This document shows positions 11,395 to 24,411 of a DNA stretch of 40,890 bases, piece by piece. Within the stretch, counting starts at the first letter, position 1. Each line of letters begins with the position of its first letter. Both the position numbers and the translations under genes were made by a program. The notes beneath the pieces are model-generated. The model did not search any database, had not been told where the DNA came from, and saw nothing but the letters and a program-made list of their open reading frames with translations. The DNA is taken from positions 89,089,315-89,130,204 of the forward strand of contig NC_068981.1 in NCBI RefSeq assembly GCF_001194135.2, given 5' to 3'. This DNA comes from Octopus bimaculoides (taxonomy: Eukaryota).

Positions 11395-13357
11395 AGCTCA
11401 ATAATAAAGAGACAGAAAAATATAAATTTCACGTTATTTTTCTTATTTCTTTCTTATTTTTGTTTTTCTCAAGGATGAAATATTTCAATAATTTTCAATG
11501 TCGACATATTTAATATGAACAGCAAAACTGTCGACTTTTGACGCAAATAAAAAATAAACTGAGGTAAGCATTTAAGGAGCTTACATTACAACTTCACTCC
11601 CATTTCTGGTAAGATGGATGGCATCACGCCATTATTGTGATCATACCGTCACGTTTTTAGAGTACACAGTTAACATAATCTAATGTATATAACTAATGGT
11701 ACGATGCAGTAGGATTTCGGGATGGGTTGATTTAGTTGCATAGGGAGCATTTACAGAGATCTCATGGAGATTCTCTCCTCTGATCTGTTTTCTATCCTTA
11801 AATAATATTCCCAGCGATCAATACCTGAGATCTGTTTGGAGATCTTGCACTGATACAAAGATAAAAATGCTATAGACAGATACTAGAAATAGTGGATATT
11901 TTACAAAGAATCTTGTGTCGTTGACGAAAGGAGGTTAACAATAATTTCAGTTGGTATATGTGGGCACAATATAAGATTGGATACAATCAATCCTACGTTG
12001 GGCAGTTTCAGCATGGCCAACTTTACTAGCTTTACTGTCAATGAAACAAAATAATTTTTTAATACCACAAAAAGCGGACGGATATTTGTCTAGCCAGTAA
12101 TGCTAATTTTGATGCCAAAAGTGAAATTAAACATAGAAACAACTAATAATAAATATTAGACTAAATTCAGCTGTAGCAGCTTTTCAATACTTTAGTATGA
12201 ACTTAACGCATAGAGTGTATTGGTAGTTGGTGAAATACTTAAAATAAAGAGGAATGATCAGCATTATATTGAAGCTATTTACGGTGAATGCAAAATAGAA
12301 GCATTCCATGACAATTTTGACGTCAGATCTTATTAATGTAAAACTTAATGTAATTATTTTAAATGGAACATTTAGCAGCATAGATGTAGTACAGTTATAT
12401 ATTATAAGCTAGCAAATATACATTCATATACGCACAGATATCTACATATAATCACACAAAATCACGTCACAACCTCAATATAGACATACGCAAACACACG
12501 CATGTACATATACATAAACATATCTTCCCCCTCTCTTACATCCACCTTCCCATTCCCCCTTCATCGTCAACNNNNNNNNNNCACACCAATACCCTCGGAT
12601 CACACCACGCACACACTACAACTGACCAACTCCTTTCTTCCTTCCCCATTTTCATACTACATACGTCAAGATCACCAGCATTCTATCTCCCACACACAGC
12701 CCCTCGTTCTTCGATCACCGTTTGTTATCTCCCCCTTTTCTTAGCTCTCCTGAAAAAAGAATTTCTAACTTCCGGTCAGCCATTGTTATGGTCAGCCATT
12801 ATTATGATTGACCGTTGACTGAACNNNNNNNNNNNNNNNNNNNNNNNNNNNNNNNNNNNNNNNNNNNNNNNNNNNNNNNNNNNNNNNNNNNNNNNNNNNN
12901 NNNNNNNNNNNNNNNNNNNNNNNNNNNNNNNNNNNNNNNNNNNNNNNNNNNNNNNNNNNNNNNNNNNNNNNNNNNNNNNNNNNNNNNNNNNNNNNNNNNN
13001 NNNNNNNNNNNNNNNNNNNNNNNNNNNNNNNNNNNNNNNNNNNNNNNNNNNNNNNNNNNNNNNNNNNNNNNNNNNNNNNNNNNNNNNNNNNNNNNNNNNN
13101 NNNNNNNNNNNNNNNNNNNNNNNNNNNNNNNNNNNNNNNNNNNNNNNNNNNNNNNNNNNNNNNNNNNNNNNNNNNNNNNNNNNNNNNNNNNNNNNNNNNN
13201 NNNNNNNNNNNNNNNNNNNNNNNNNNNNNNNNNNNNNNNNNNNNNNNNNNNNNNNNNNNNNNNNNNNNNNNNNNNNNNNNNNNNNNNNNNNNNNNNNNNN
13301 NNNNNNNNNNNNNNNNNNNNNNNNNNNNNNNNNNNNNNNNNNNNNNNNNNNNNATAT

Positions 13358-13665
13358 AATATTCCTCTGGAAACACGAGTGCTTTGTTCACCATCCTTAA
13401 AAAAATCCTTTTCAGGGACATTTTGAGCGGGATGGTCTACTCAGCCTGAAGAAATTTCTAACTGGGTCCCACCTGCAAAGTCATGCGCTGTTTATCTTGA
13501 TATGAGATCACCATGTCACGCATATATGGTTGTGATGTATGTGTCTGGTGTACCCTTATCAGACATGTAGTCATGATGCGTATATTAGGCTTCGTATATT
13601 TGTATCCCAGTGTCCCTTTGGTGGCATGCGTTGCGCTCTCACTCAATAATAATAATAATAATTAG
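13358..13665 (+). mobile_element. 3' end of a non-LTR retroelement with (AAT)n tail
   Basis: Ends ...gcgctctcactc(aat)5; resembles a common octopus repeat end (recalled). The 5' part is lost in a gap. Confidence 0.6.
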
Positions 13666-14329
13666 CACTTTCAACCTAAATTGGATGTGTTGTTTGGAGC
13701 GCTTTAAAATACTGTAAACATCCAGAGGTACTGAACTTCTTAAATATACAGCTAGGCTATAATGACAATATACAAGTCATGATACCGTCAGCAACTAATG
13801 TGAGCAAAGAAAGTAACATTTTACAGGAGCTTCTAAGCGAAGGTACGACATGCAAAAATTATCACAACTCAGAACTTTTAAATTACAATCGTGTCTTAAA
13901 TGATGAGGGAATTAGTAACATAATACAGACTTGCATATTACCTAAAAAAAACACAGCAGTGACGACTTCATCGCCTTTCATCAATGATCTGCTCGACACT
14001 TTTGATCATGGTTTAAAACTCTTGTAATTTAGGCACAAAAAGACGGGATCGATCAATTAACTAGAACGTAACCAATTGTGTTCAAATCCCTTTGAAGTTA
14101 ATTTTGTCTCTCGACTCTCCGAGGTTTGAGAAAAGATTTAAGATTTTGTACCAATCTTAGAAGCCTTCGTTTAAATCATAAGAGCAATACAAGTGGCAAC
14201 AACATCGGCAACGTATATTCCTTCTATACTGGAGACACATACGCCGAGAGTATTCTAAATCATAAAATTAACTGCATTATGAGAAATCTTATGCGATAAT
14301 TATACATGGAACTATTCGTGCAGCCATAT

Positions 14330-14550
14330 ATACATGTATATTAATACATGTATATTAATACGTGTATATTAATACATGTATATTAATACATGTATATGCA
14401 TGGTTAATACTTACGATGTATGCATGTATGAATGTATGTATGTATGTATGTATGTATGTACGTATGGATATGTGTGTGTGCATGTATATATGGATATGTA
14501 TATATGTGTGGTTATGTACACATACAAATATACATGTAGATATGTATGCA

Positions 14551-14635
<85 letters not shown>

Positions 14636-14980
14636 GCCTGTCTGTCTGTCTGCCTGCCTGCCTGTCTGTCTGTCTGTCTTACTGTCTGACTGTCTGTCTG
14701 TCCATCTATCTATCTATACATCTACACACACACAAATATAAATTCTCTTTTCTTGACAAAACGCACTCACACACATAATGTTATACGTATATATTTATAT
14801 GTATGTATATACATGCATACATACATGCAAAAATATATGGCTACATGCATACATGCATACATACACATACACATGCAAGCATACATACATACATGCCTAC
14901 ATACGTACACACACTCACACACATACACACATATATATACATACATAGACACTCACACACACACACGCACATAAGTGTAT
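14330..14980. repeat. 14-bp minisatellite followed by compound (TATG)n/(ATCT)n/(GTCT)n/(CATA)n microsatellites
   Basis: Directly visible. Confidence 0.92.
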
Positions 14981-15515
14981 ATGTAATTTTGGTAGTGGAA
15001 AGACCACTAATTATTTCTCCGAAATAAAAATGAAAGTTGCGGATAATTGCTAAATGATTAAAGTAAGCAATAATTATATTCTTGCCTTTAGTAATCACAT
15101 GGACTTAAAAGGTCATCGGTTTATCGGCTTCGTTAACCTTATTAATTAATATTTGGTCTTATTATTCAGGAAATACAAAAGACAAAACGGAAGAACAACC
15201 CCCTTCTCTGCATAAAACTGAATGTATACGTGTGAATACTTGGAAGATTCAGTGAAGAGGCAGTTGAATGTCAGAGATAAATGAATCATTGAAAGTTAAC
15301 AAAGGAAGAGAAAGATATTCGTTTGCGCCAAACCTGCTTCAATCTCGTAGATCCATGACGAACGTCACTCTAGATTTAAAGATGTTGCGTTTTTTTAAAA
15401 AATTTTTAATAAGTTTTTCCAGTTGAATACTGACCATTTAACTTGAAATTTGCTTTCTATTAGGAGGAGTTCTATTCCAAGGCGCAGATATAAACAAAGT
15501 TTATAACGTGGGAAG

Positions 15516-15838
15516 TGAAAAGCGTGGCTTAGTGGTTAGGGCATTCGGTTCACGATCGTAAGGTCGTGAGTTCGATTCTCGGCGACGCGTTGAGTCCTTG
15601 AGCAAGACACTTTATTTAACGTTGCTCCAGTCTACTCAACTGGCGAAAATGAGTAGTACCTGTATTTCAAAGGGCCGGCCTTGTCACACTCTGTGTAACG
15701 CTGAATCTCCCTGAGAACTACGTTAGGGGTACACGTGTCTGTGGATTGCTCAGTCACTTGCCCGTCAATTTCACGAGCAGGCTGTTCCGTTGATCGTATC
15801 AGCTGGGACCCTCGTCGTTGTAACTGACAGAGTGCTCC
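15516..15838 (+). mobile_element. tRNA-derived SINE, full length, 15-bp TSD
   Basis: A box tggcttagtgg at 15525-15535, B box gagttcgattc at 15568-15578, central gtccttgagcaagacactt domain. TSD ttataacgtgggaag at 15501-15515 and 15839-15853. Confidence 0.92.
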
Positions 15839-16312
15839 TTATAACGTGGGAAGCTGCAACTGCCCATATATGCAAATCTCTTTCAAGCAACGGGCGTTTT
15901 TCCAGAGATAAATAAGGCCGATTCTATTAAACATCACTGACGTTCGCAAGTAAGGCTTGCAGAACTCAAAGAACTCAAAGGTATAAATATCGCTAGGTAA
16001 TAAAGGCCAATGTAATTGAAGTTCCACCAATCTTATTCCTTGGGTTGGTACTGTTTTTATCGATCCAGAAAGGATGAAATGTGAAGTTGGACATAGTGTG
16101 TAGAAAGTCTAGAGAAATAAGTAAATAATTTTAACTTAGTTTATCAAGCTACAGACAACATAGCAAAGAGACATTTGAAGGAGTCTTGGTTGCTATTTTA
16201 ATTGATTTAGCGACACAATAGAAGCTTTCTTGTTGTTTTAGGATACAGAAAATTAAATATCAAAATAAATAGCTTCCAGTAAATACTATATCTTATGTTT
16301 GATGTTTATTAT

Positions 16313-16420
16313 TAAGGCGCGTGATGGCAGAATCGTTAGCACTCGGATAAAATGCTTATTCGGCATTCGTTTGTCTTACCGTTCTGAGTTCAAATTCTAC
16401 CCAAATCAACTCTACTTTTT
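16313..16420 (+). mobile_element. SINE 5' fragment
   Basis: ggcagaatcgttagcac...cgttctgagttcaaattc, same family as 30301. Confidence 0.75.
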
Positions 16421-17149
16421 ATTCTAAGCCGTTTACCTCTGGTAATGGACTGAAACATATAAAGTTTACTCAACTTTCCTTTTCGCATTCTTATAAGCTC
16501 TTCTTCTTTGCTACTTGTTATTTTACTTTATTAAAACTTACTTTTTTTATACCACTCCATCTTAGTTGCTTATAATACTTAGACAAGTATCAAAATCTCT
16601 ACTTCCTATTTCGAATCCCACTATAGAAGGAATGCTTTGTGAATGCGGAGATTATTGGTTTATACCATAGGTACAAGGGGGACTAACTTTAGGAGAGAAG
16701 TGTCTCCGATTTAACTGATCACTGCTATTATTTAATTATTTTATATATTTTATTTCACAGTTGGTTAGCTTTAACGCTATAGGTTACAGGTTTCACACTG
16801 CCGATCTGTATTTCTGACGGTACAAATGATGCAGGACAAAAAGCCTCAGACACCTAAGTCCATTTTCTTTAGCTAATTCGGCGATGTTTACATATTTCAT
16901 CTATTTACATCCTATCGGCGAAAAATAAACTGTAGTAAAACCCAAACCATTCAGTAGTGCATTTTTAGTATGTCCATGTTCTGTTCATGCGCTTTTATGT
17001 AGGTGTGTATACGGTTTTGTGTTTTGCTACAGTTCATTGGGCTAGAAAGTATTTTGAGGTGTGGTTAAAAAATGACATTAGATTTAATTTCCATAGGTTT
17101 TTATATGTGGTCTTTTATCTTTTATCTCTACTGTCGCTCAGTACTATTG

Positions 17150-17440
17150 CTTTGTGGCTTAGTGGTCCGAATGTTGAATTCACATTTGCGAGATCGTGGT
17201 TTCAACTCCCAGACCGGGATTTTCGTTGTGCTCCTGAGCAAAACAATTTATTTCACGTTGCCCTGCGACCATATGATATGTGGCACGCCGTGCACCTGCG
17301 CAAGGGATGTCCATTTGACGAAGACAGTGTACATACGTAAAAAAAAACATTTGGTTACTGCAAACAAATCATCTGTGTGGTTAACTCATCAAGAAATTGC
17401 AGAACACTCATGCGTCGTCAATGACGGGAGAGTCCATGAT
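17150..17440 (+). mobile_element. tRNA-derived SINE, diverged
   Basis: A box tggcttagtgg at 17155-17165, B-box-like ggtttcaactccc, central gttgtgctcctgagcaaaacaatttatttcacgttgc homologous to the 15516 copy. Confidence 0.8.
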
Positions 17441-19109
17441 GTTATACATATATGAAACTTCCAATTGCCCAGGATTAATAGAGAAAGAATTTCCCAAGAG
17501 CAATGGGATGGAACACAAAACCAATTTCTAATGAGGAGAATATTTTTACCCCAGGACTTTCTTTAGAACTTATTTTATCGACCACTCCATGATGAAAGTT
17601 AAAGTCTTGCTCCGCGATATTTGAAATCCGAATATAAAACATTGGCCCAGATTTAGCAATCCTCCTCCCGAAAGACTATGTAGAATATCCATTCACTTTT
17701 TCAGCACTTCATCTTTCTGTTTTCACATTTATTTAAAGAACATGTTCGATTCGTATTTCAACCAAACTGGTTATTAAAATACTTTTCTATGATGCACACT
17801 TTTTCTATTTTTTTTTTTTATCACAGACTATTTTAATACTTCAAACATTGGTGTTTATTTACTTCAACATTTATTGCTTTTGAATGTATTTTGCAAGCAT
17901 TTATATTTTAAAACTAAAATACCGGTCAGCATTTCAAATATAATATCCACACACATTTGTATGCTTGTATATATATATGTATATATATATNNNNNNNNNN
18001 NNNNNNNNNNNNNNNNNNNNNNNNNNNNNNNNNNNNNNNNNNNNNNNNNNNNNNNNNNNNNNNNNNNNNNNNNNNNNNNNNNNNNNNNNNNNNNNNNNNN
18101 NNNNNNNNNNNNNNNNNNNNNNNNNNNNNNNNNNNNNNNNNNNNNNNNNNNNNNNNNNNNNNNNNNNNNNNNNNNNNNNNNNNNNNNNNNNNNNNNNNNN
18201 NNNNNNNNNNNNNNNNNNNNNNNNNNNNNNNNNNNNNNNNNNNNNNNNNNNNNNNNNNNNNNNNNNNNNNNNNNNNNNNNNNNNNNNNNNNNNNNNNNNN
18301 NNNNNNNNNNNNNNNNNNNNNNNNNNNNNNNNNNNNNNNNNNNNNNNNNNNNNNNNNNNATATATATATATATATATAAATATACATTAAATATTTGAAT
18401 ATGGCTGGTAGCTTTATTTGTAATTTTTTTCCTATTTCCTTTTTGGTCTTTTCAATAAGCAGATACAAAATCGAATTATGCAGGTTAGCTGATTATATTT
18501 TTACTCCATAAAGGATGTTTCTAAATTCTATAGACTGGTCATCCATTCATTCCAGTTTCATAGTATTTTGGGGATTCTATTGTATGATTAAATTTTCAAA
18601 AGCTATTTACATGTTCCACTCCTTTAACTAGTACCGTTAAGTGAAAAACCAAAACAAAACAACAATTGACGAAAAAGAACAACAAAAAACAAAAGAAACA
18701 TAAAGTAAAATATTCCCCACCATTATGCACCAATAATATAAAGTAAAAAGTATCTAATTTAGCTGTAAAGCAATGTTCGGGTTTAGCAGCCAACATGAAA
18801 AGTTGGATGGTCAATAAACTGAACATTGCAATTATTGCATACGCACCGATAAAACTAAATCAAGTGCGTTCTAATTTAAGCGTACATACCATATATGGAA
18901 TATAATTAGAGTTTCGATTTTATCTCTGTACTACTAGAATTATACAACAATTTTCTAAATATATACGTTTCGGGTTGCCAATAAATGTTCTCAGAATTTT
19001 ATCTTCGTTTTTCTTGTTAGAGTATAAATTCTTACGAGGAAATTCGAAGCATATGTTTTACATGTTCATTGCATGTCACATAAAATAAGTATCGAAGATG
19101 CTTTGCCTC

Positions 19110-19260
19110 ACGGATAAACTGTAGAAGCTACTTAGAGGTTTTGCAAGCTCTTCTTCTGAATCCATCACAATGTCCAAAGCCCTTCCGGATCATCAGCAAA
19201 TATGCTAGATTAATGAATTTTTTTCCCATAAATGCCCAACAAGATTTTAGTTTGAAAATC
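19110..19260 (-). mobile_element. RTE-like LINE reverse-transcriptase core fragment
   Basis: Frameshifted minus translation GKKFINLA-FADDPEGL-DSEEELAKPLSS (tttgctgatgat = rc of 19189-19200) fits the RTE pattern GR.I.NLRFADDIDGLAGSEEELA.L. Confidence 0.6.
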
Positions 19261-19354
19261 GGGATACGTTACTGACAGAATTCTGCACGAAATTAGTCAT
19301 ATAGTGTAAGTCTTTCGTGATTCAAAGAACACGTATCACAACATAAGAACATTC

Positions 19355-19752
19355 GATGGCGATACCTGCTCGGTGACATACGCAAAGATGCAGAAAGTGT
19401 ATGGACATGAGTGTATGAACCGCACACAAGTGTACGAGAAGTTCAGACGTTTCGAAGATGGCTGAAAAATTGTCGATATTGACGAACGTTCTGGGAGACC
19501 CGCAACCAACAGAACCAGCGTGCGTGCAGCTGTTAGAGGAAATCGTCGATATTGAAGAGTTGTAGGCCTGTGAGTTATCAGAAGATGTGCAAATAAGTTA
19601 CGGTTCAGTTCAGTCCATTATCACTAAAATTTGGTTATGAGACGCGTGTCTGCTAAGTTTGTGTCAAAACTTCTCTCCGCTGACCAAGAAGACACTCGGG
19701 TTTCAGTTACACAAGATCTCCTTGATTGTGTCGAGAACGGGGAAAACTTTTA
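19355..19752 (+). mobile_element. Mariner transposase N-terminal fragment (pseudogene)
   Basis: TYAKMQKVYGHECMNRTQVYEKFRRFEDG*KIVDIDERSGRP...LSEDVQISYGSVQSIITK-LVMRRVSAKFVSKLLSADQEDTRVSVTQDLL: two HTH regions, the RSGRP linker and a WVP(K/H)EL-equivalent motif. No catalytic domain visible. Confidence 0.92.
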
Positions 19753-21663
19753 CATCTATGGTTTAATGTATGTATGTATGTATCTTTAGTGTGGACAGTG
19801 CTTCTGTGTATGTATGTATGCGCGTCTGGAAGTAAATATGAGTGTTTGCATATGTATGTGCTTGTATATTTATCTGTATATGTGTTTGTATGTGTATGCG
19901 ATTGCATTCTTTTAATGTCTACACACATGTAAAACTCGACCTCTGATCTTATGCTTATATGCATTGGTTTCTTATTAATTCTAAGTGGTTCAAATTTTTA
20001 ATTAATTTGTTGCTTTTATTATCAAAAATACTTCATATTCCATCAGATATAACTCAGTCACATCAAAGTAAAAGCACAAAGACATCAACATATATATGAT
20101 CGAATAACACACTTTTGGTGTTATTACTATTTCCTAATTATTTTATTGATTGTTTTACCTCAATTATATTTTCAATCACAAATGTATCAACTTGAAAACA
20201 AACATTAAGATATTGACATACTAAAATATTCTTCCCGAATATTTTGGATGAAATTTCTGTGTAGTTAACTTCCATTTAGTCTAGTTATTCACTGCTTGCT
20301 TTGCAATTTCGTAAGTGATTCTATTTCAACACTGTTGTAAAGTAAGTGGTATCACATAAAGATTCAAATTAAGAATTTTTGAAGATTTTTCGATCAGTTC
20401 AAATGTTTGGGTCATACATGACTTGGAAAAAGAATCTTGCTTTAGGCAGTTTGCTATGAAAAAAGAATATTGCTCTAGGCAAAAGATGTTCAGCGCTACA
20501 GCCATTTTAGCGCATCCCACCCCGCCCTACCACTATGGAGTACTATATGCATTTAAAACTCCTTATGCTTTCATCATTATTAGATGCCAAGCAGGACAGT
20601 TGCGAAATGAGTGGAAGCTTTCGCTTATTTATAAGAAATCAATAGAAATCTCACAAAAGAGAAACTCGCAGCGTTAGACCAAAATATATGATTGGTACGA
20701 GAAGCATTGTTGTGAAACTCTTCGGACATTTCAAATACGTTTGGTAATATATTTGAGCAATAAAAATGCCATTTTTACTGCGGTTTGCTACGCGGAAAAT
20801 TTTCCCTTGAGGTAAAAGCTGTAAAACAAGAAAGTAATTTTCAAGCGGCCCCTATCGATTAATATATGTATTTCGTGCTCTTTATGCTCGCAGTAGATCA
20901 TTTCTATGGACTTTTTAAAAGCTAGGAAATTCTTCCAGTCATTTGTAGATATCTCGCTTGGTATCTAATGCTCATGAGCGCATAATGAGCTCGGAGTGTA
21001 AATATATTCCATGGGTGCGTCACGAAATGGGTTTAGTATTTTATACCTTACAACTAAAACTAGAATTTTCCATTGCAGACAACAATGAAAATGACCTCTT
21101 TTATAAGTCAAACATGTCCTAAACATGTTTGAACTGATCGAAATCTTTGTATATTTCACTACATTGTTTTGCACGCCAACAATGTATTTAAAGATTTCTT
21201 TTCTGTTCCGGTTTGATGCTTCATGCATCTTTCAGGCGTATCTTTAGTAAGACAATTTTAGAGTATTTTTACATATTGTTGCCGATACACACTTCTACTT
21301 CAGATGAAAGAATGTTGAAATGAAAGCAAATAAAAAAACAAAAAACAAAAAAAAAACAAGAAACAAAATCAAAAGCTAATCCACAGTGATTAGTGTAGAA
21401 AGACAATGCTGACATACGATAAGCCAATACATTGACTTCAGGTGAAATCATGCGACCAACATTGACTAAAATCATTTCAGAATTTGAATGGAATATTGAA
21501 TCTGATATTGACAGATTGAGATCGCTTTACGACACTTGACCGTCTCTACGGCGATCACACCTAGTAAGAAAGGTTTGTACTTGATACGCTTGAGGTACCA
21601 AATTCGAATGTCACAAAAGGAGTTGTAAGGCGAAAGGCGTGCGTTGTAATATATTTGTCATAT

Positions 21664-21998
21664 TCCGACGAGGTTGGCGTTGCCTTTCATCATTTCGGGG
21701 TCGATAAATTAAGTACCAGTTGCGTACTGGGTCGATCTAACCGACTGGCCTACTCCCCAAAAATTTCGGGCCTTGTGCTTAGAGTAGAAAAGATTATTAT
21801 TCTTAAAATAAAGCGGTGAGTTGGCAGAAACGTTAGCACGCCGTGGGAAATGCTTAGCGGTATTTCGTCTGTCTTAGCGTTCTGTCTTCAAATTCCGCCG
21901 AGGTCAATTTGCCTTTCATCCTTTCGGGGTCAATAAATTAAGTACCAATTGCGTACTGGGGTCGATCTAAGTTCGGTCCTTGTGCCTAGAGTAGAAAA
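21664..21998 (+). mobile_element. Head-to-tail SINE pair (5'-truncated unit plus near-full unit) within a 17-bp TSD
   Basis: TSD taatatatttgtcatat at 21647-21663 and 21999-22015. Both units carry cctttcatc(a/c)tttcggggtc(g/a)ataaattaagtacca. Confidence 0.92.
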
Positions 21999-22791
21999 TA
22001 ATATATTTGTCATATGAAAAATCAAAGCTGATACAGATACAATTTCGACAAATATGTCCATCTCAAATTTGTATGTATGTATGTGTGTATATATGTATGT
22101 ATGCATGTATGTATGTATGTATGCATGCATGTATGTATGTATGTATGTATGTATTCACATATACACATATATATGTAAAAATACACACTTATGTACAAAT
22201 GAGAATGTATATATATATATATATATACAGCGCATACTTATGCATATGTATATGTGTGTGTTGCATATGTGTCAATGTGTATAATGTCTGTAACATTTCA
22301 CTTCATGCATACGTACACAAGCGTATACTAACATTCATGGACGCTACATTGTGTTGAATGACACACAAATAATGCAGTGACTTTATATGTTAACCTTATT
22401 TACAACGCTCATTAGATAAAATCTATTTACACCCAGTCGTTGAAAAAATGATGAGATGGTTATGTTTGGAACGTCTCCGATCATACATTTAACCGATCGG
22501 AACTAACATTGAGATAAACAACAACTACAACAACAACAACCACAAACCACCACCATCAACAACAAGAACAACAAAAGGAGTCCCAATGAAACCGATATTA
22601 TTAAACGGTGAATAAATATAAAAATAACTATTACGATATAAATAAGTTAACTAAATTCTTCACAACTTCTATTCTGGTTATTCAGTTTCATAAATTTACT
22701 GTCGTCTGAGTAAATTTTATATTGAAATATACGGAACACTATGAGATATAAATTCATAAATAATGTAATAGAGAAGCTATTGATAAAATAT

Positions 22792-22843
22792 CAATATGGC
22801 GGCTGCTTTTAGCCTATATATTGAGGAAGCTATGTCGGAAGTG
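22792..22843 (+). promoter_or_regulatory. YY1-type site plus ETS-type site
   Basis: CAATATGGCGGC at 22792-22803 (consensus CAANATGGCGGC) and CGGAAGTG at 22836-22843, in otherwise CpG-poor DNA. Confidence 0.3.
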
Positions 22844-23232
22844 GCTTAATGCAAATGGTTACACATTAACAATAAACATTAACGATAATAATACAAGAGT
22901 TGTAAATACTTTCCATCATTAAACAGTCAACGCATAGAATATAACGGCTCGGATTCTATAAACGGTCACGCTGTAGTAATGGAAACATAAATTACTGAAA
23001 TATATAATATATAATAGAATATATAACGGTATGCTTTATATATTCATGTACAAACATACATACATACATACATACATACATACATACATACATACCTACG
23101 AACGTACACATGCGCATAAATATTTACGAAGTATATATATTATTATATATACATATGTATCTGTTTATATTGTGTATATCTATAATTGTTGTATATATAA
23201 ATTATATACACACACACACATATATATATATT

Positions 23233-23279
<47 letters not shown>

Positions 23280-23978
23280 GGATATGATGCATGCATACAT
23301 ACAGAGGCACACAGATGCATACACACATGCACTCACATGTATACATATATACGCATATTTGTATATATAGACATATAATACACATATATATCGACATGCA
23401 TGTATATATGATCATATGTACATGTATGAGCGTGTGTGTATGTATATATACACGCACACACACAAACACACACGCACACTTACATATATAAATGTGTATA
23501 GGCGTTGTTTATAACAAACAAAGAAATATACTGCACTCATGGTGTAGAGTGTAATTATTCGACTGATGTCTACTAAACAAATTAACGAGAAAATCTATGT
23601 CTAAACTTAAGATCTCGATTAGGCCTCATGTTTGCATTGGTTAGTACTAATTGCATGAATCTCATTAAAGAGCTGCAATTTTCTATGAAGAAACGGGAGA
23701 GCACTGTTATTTGACATGATACTTTGATTTGAGTTTTAGCTGAAATTGTTGGGTTCGTGTGAAATATCTGCACAAAGTTTGTGTGGTATTGTGTACATAA
23801 GAACATCTTCCTTAAAGAGTAATGGTTAACCAACTTGGCGTATTTGTTAGCGTTAAAATATATCATAAATTTCAGTTTGGCCTTACATCGTGAATCTCTC
23901 ACATACATACACACACACATACATACATACATACATACATACATACATACATACATACATACATACATACATACATAC

Positions 23979-24411
23979 AAAAACCTGGAAAAATTAGGGT
24001 TCTCAAAACCTGAAAGAAAAAGGCTGATTAGAAGACTACAGATTCAAGCCATCAACGGAACAGTAAAGATATGTAAAACTTTCTAAAAATTTAGCACATA
24101 AATACATATGCAAGCATCTAGACATGAAAAGATATACATAAAAACGTATGCATAAAACAAACATACAAATCTGCACATAAATACATATGCATACGCCTAG
24201 ACATGAAAATATATACATAAAAACGCATCCATAAAACAAACATACAAATCTGCGCATACACTAACACCAAATACTGCACACAAACACACACACACATGCA
24301 CAAATACCTAGATGATGTCGATAAAAGTTCCAATGAAGGAGCCTTGAATCTATGTTAGAGTCCGGCTCTTTCTCTATTGACAAGAAATACAGAAATGAAA
24401 CTGATTGATAA
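23979..24411 (+). mobile_element. RLE-type (R4/Dong-like) LINE, 5'-truncated 3' end, family 'TACA'
   Basis: NLEKLGFSKPERKRLIRRLQIQAINGTVKICKTF, homologous to the 28422 copy, followed by a 3' UTR. Both ends abut (ATAC)n. Confidence 0.88.

Noticed and set aside
15516-15590. tRNA-gene-like A/B boxes (also 17150 and 39830-39900)
   Set aside because: They continue into SINE body and TSD with no proper acceptor stem, so they are SINE heads and not tRNA genes.
6558-17056. Other microexon-like sites: minus 6558-6573, 11825-11849, 16437-16449; plus ~13826-13841, ~17031-17056
   Set aside because: T-rich AG followed by GTA/GTG within 30 nt is expected often in AT-rich DNA; the concatenated peptides are uninformative.
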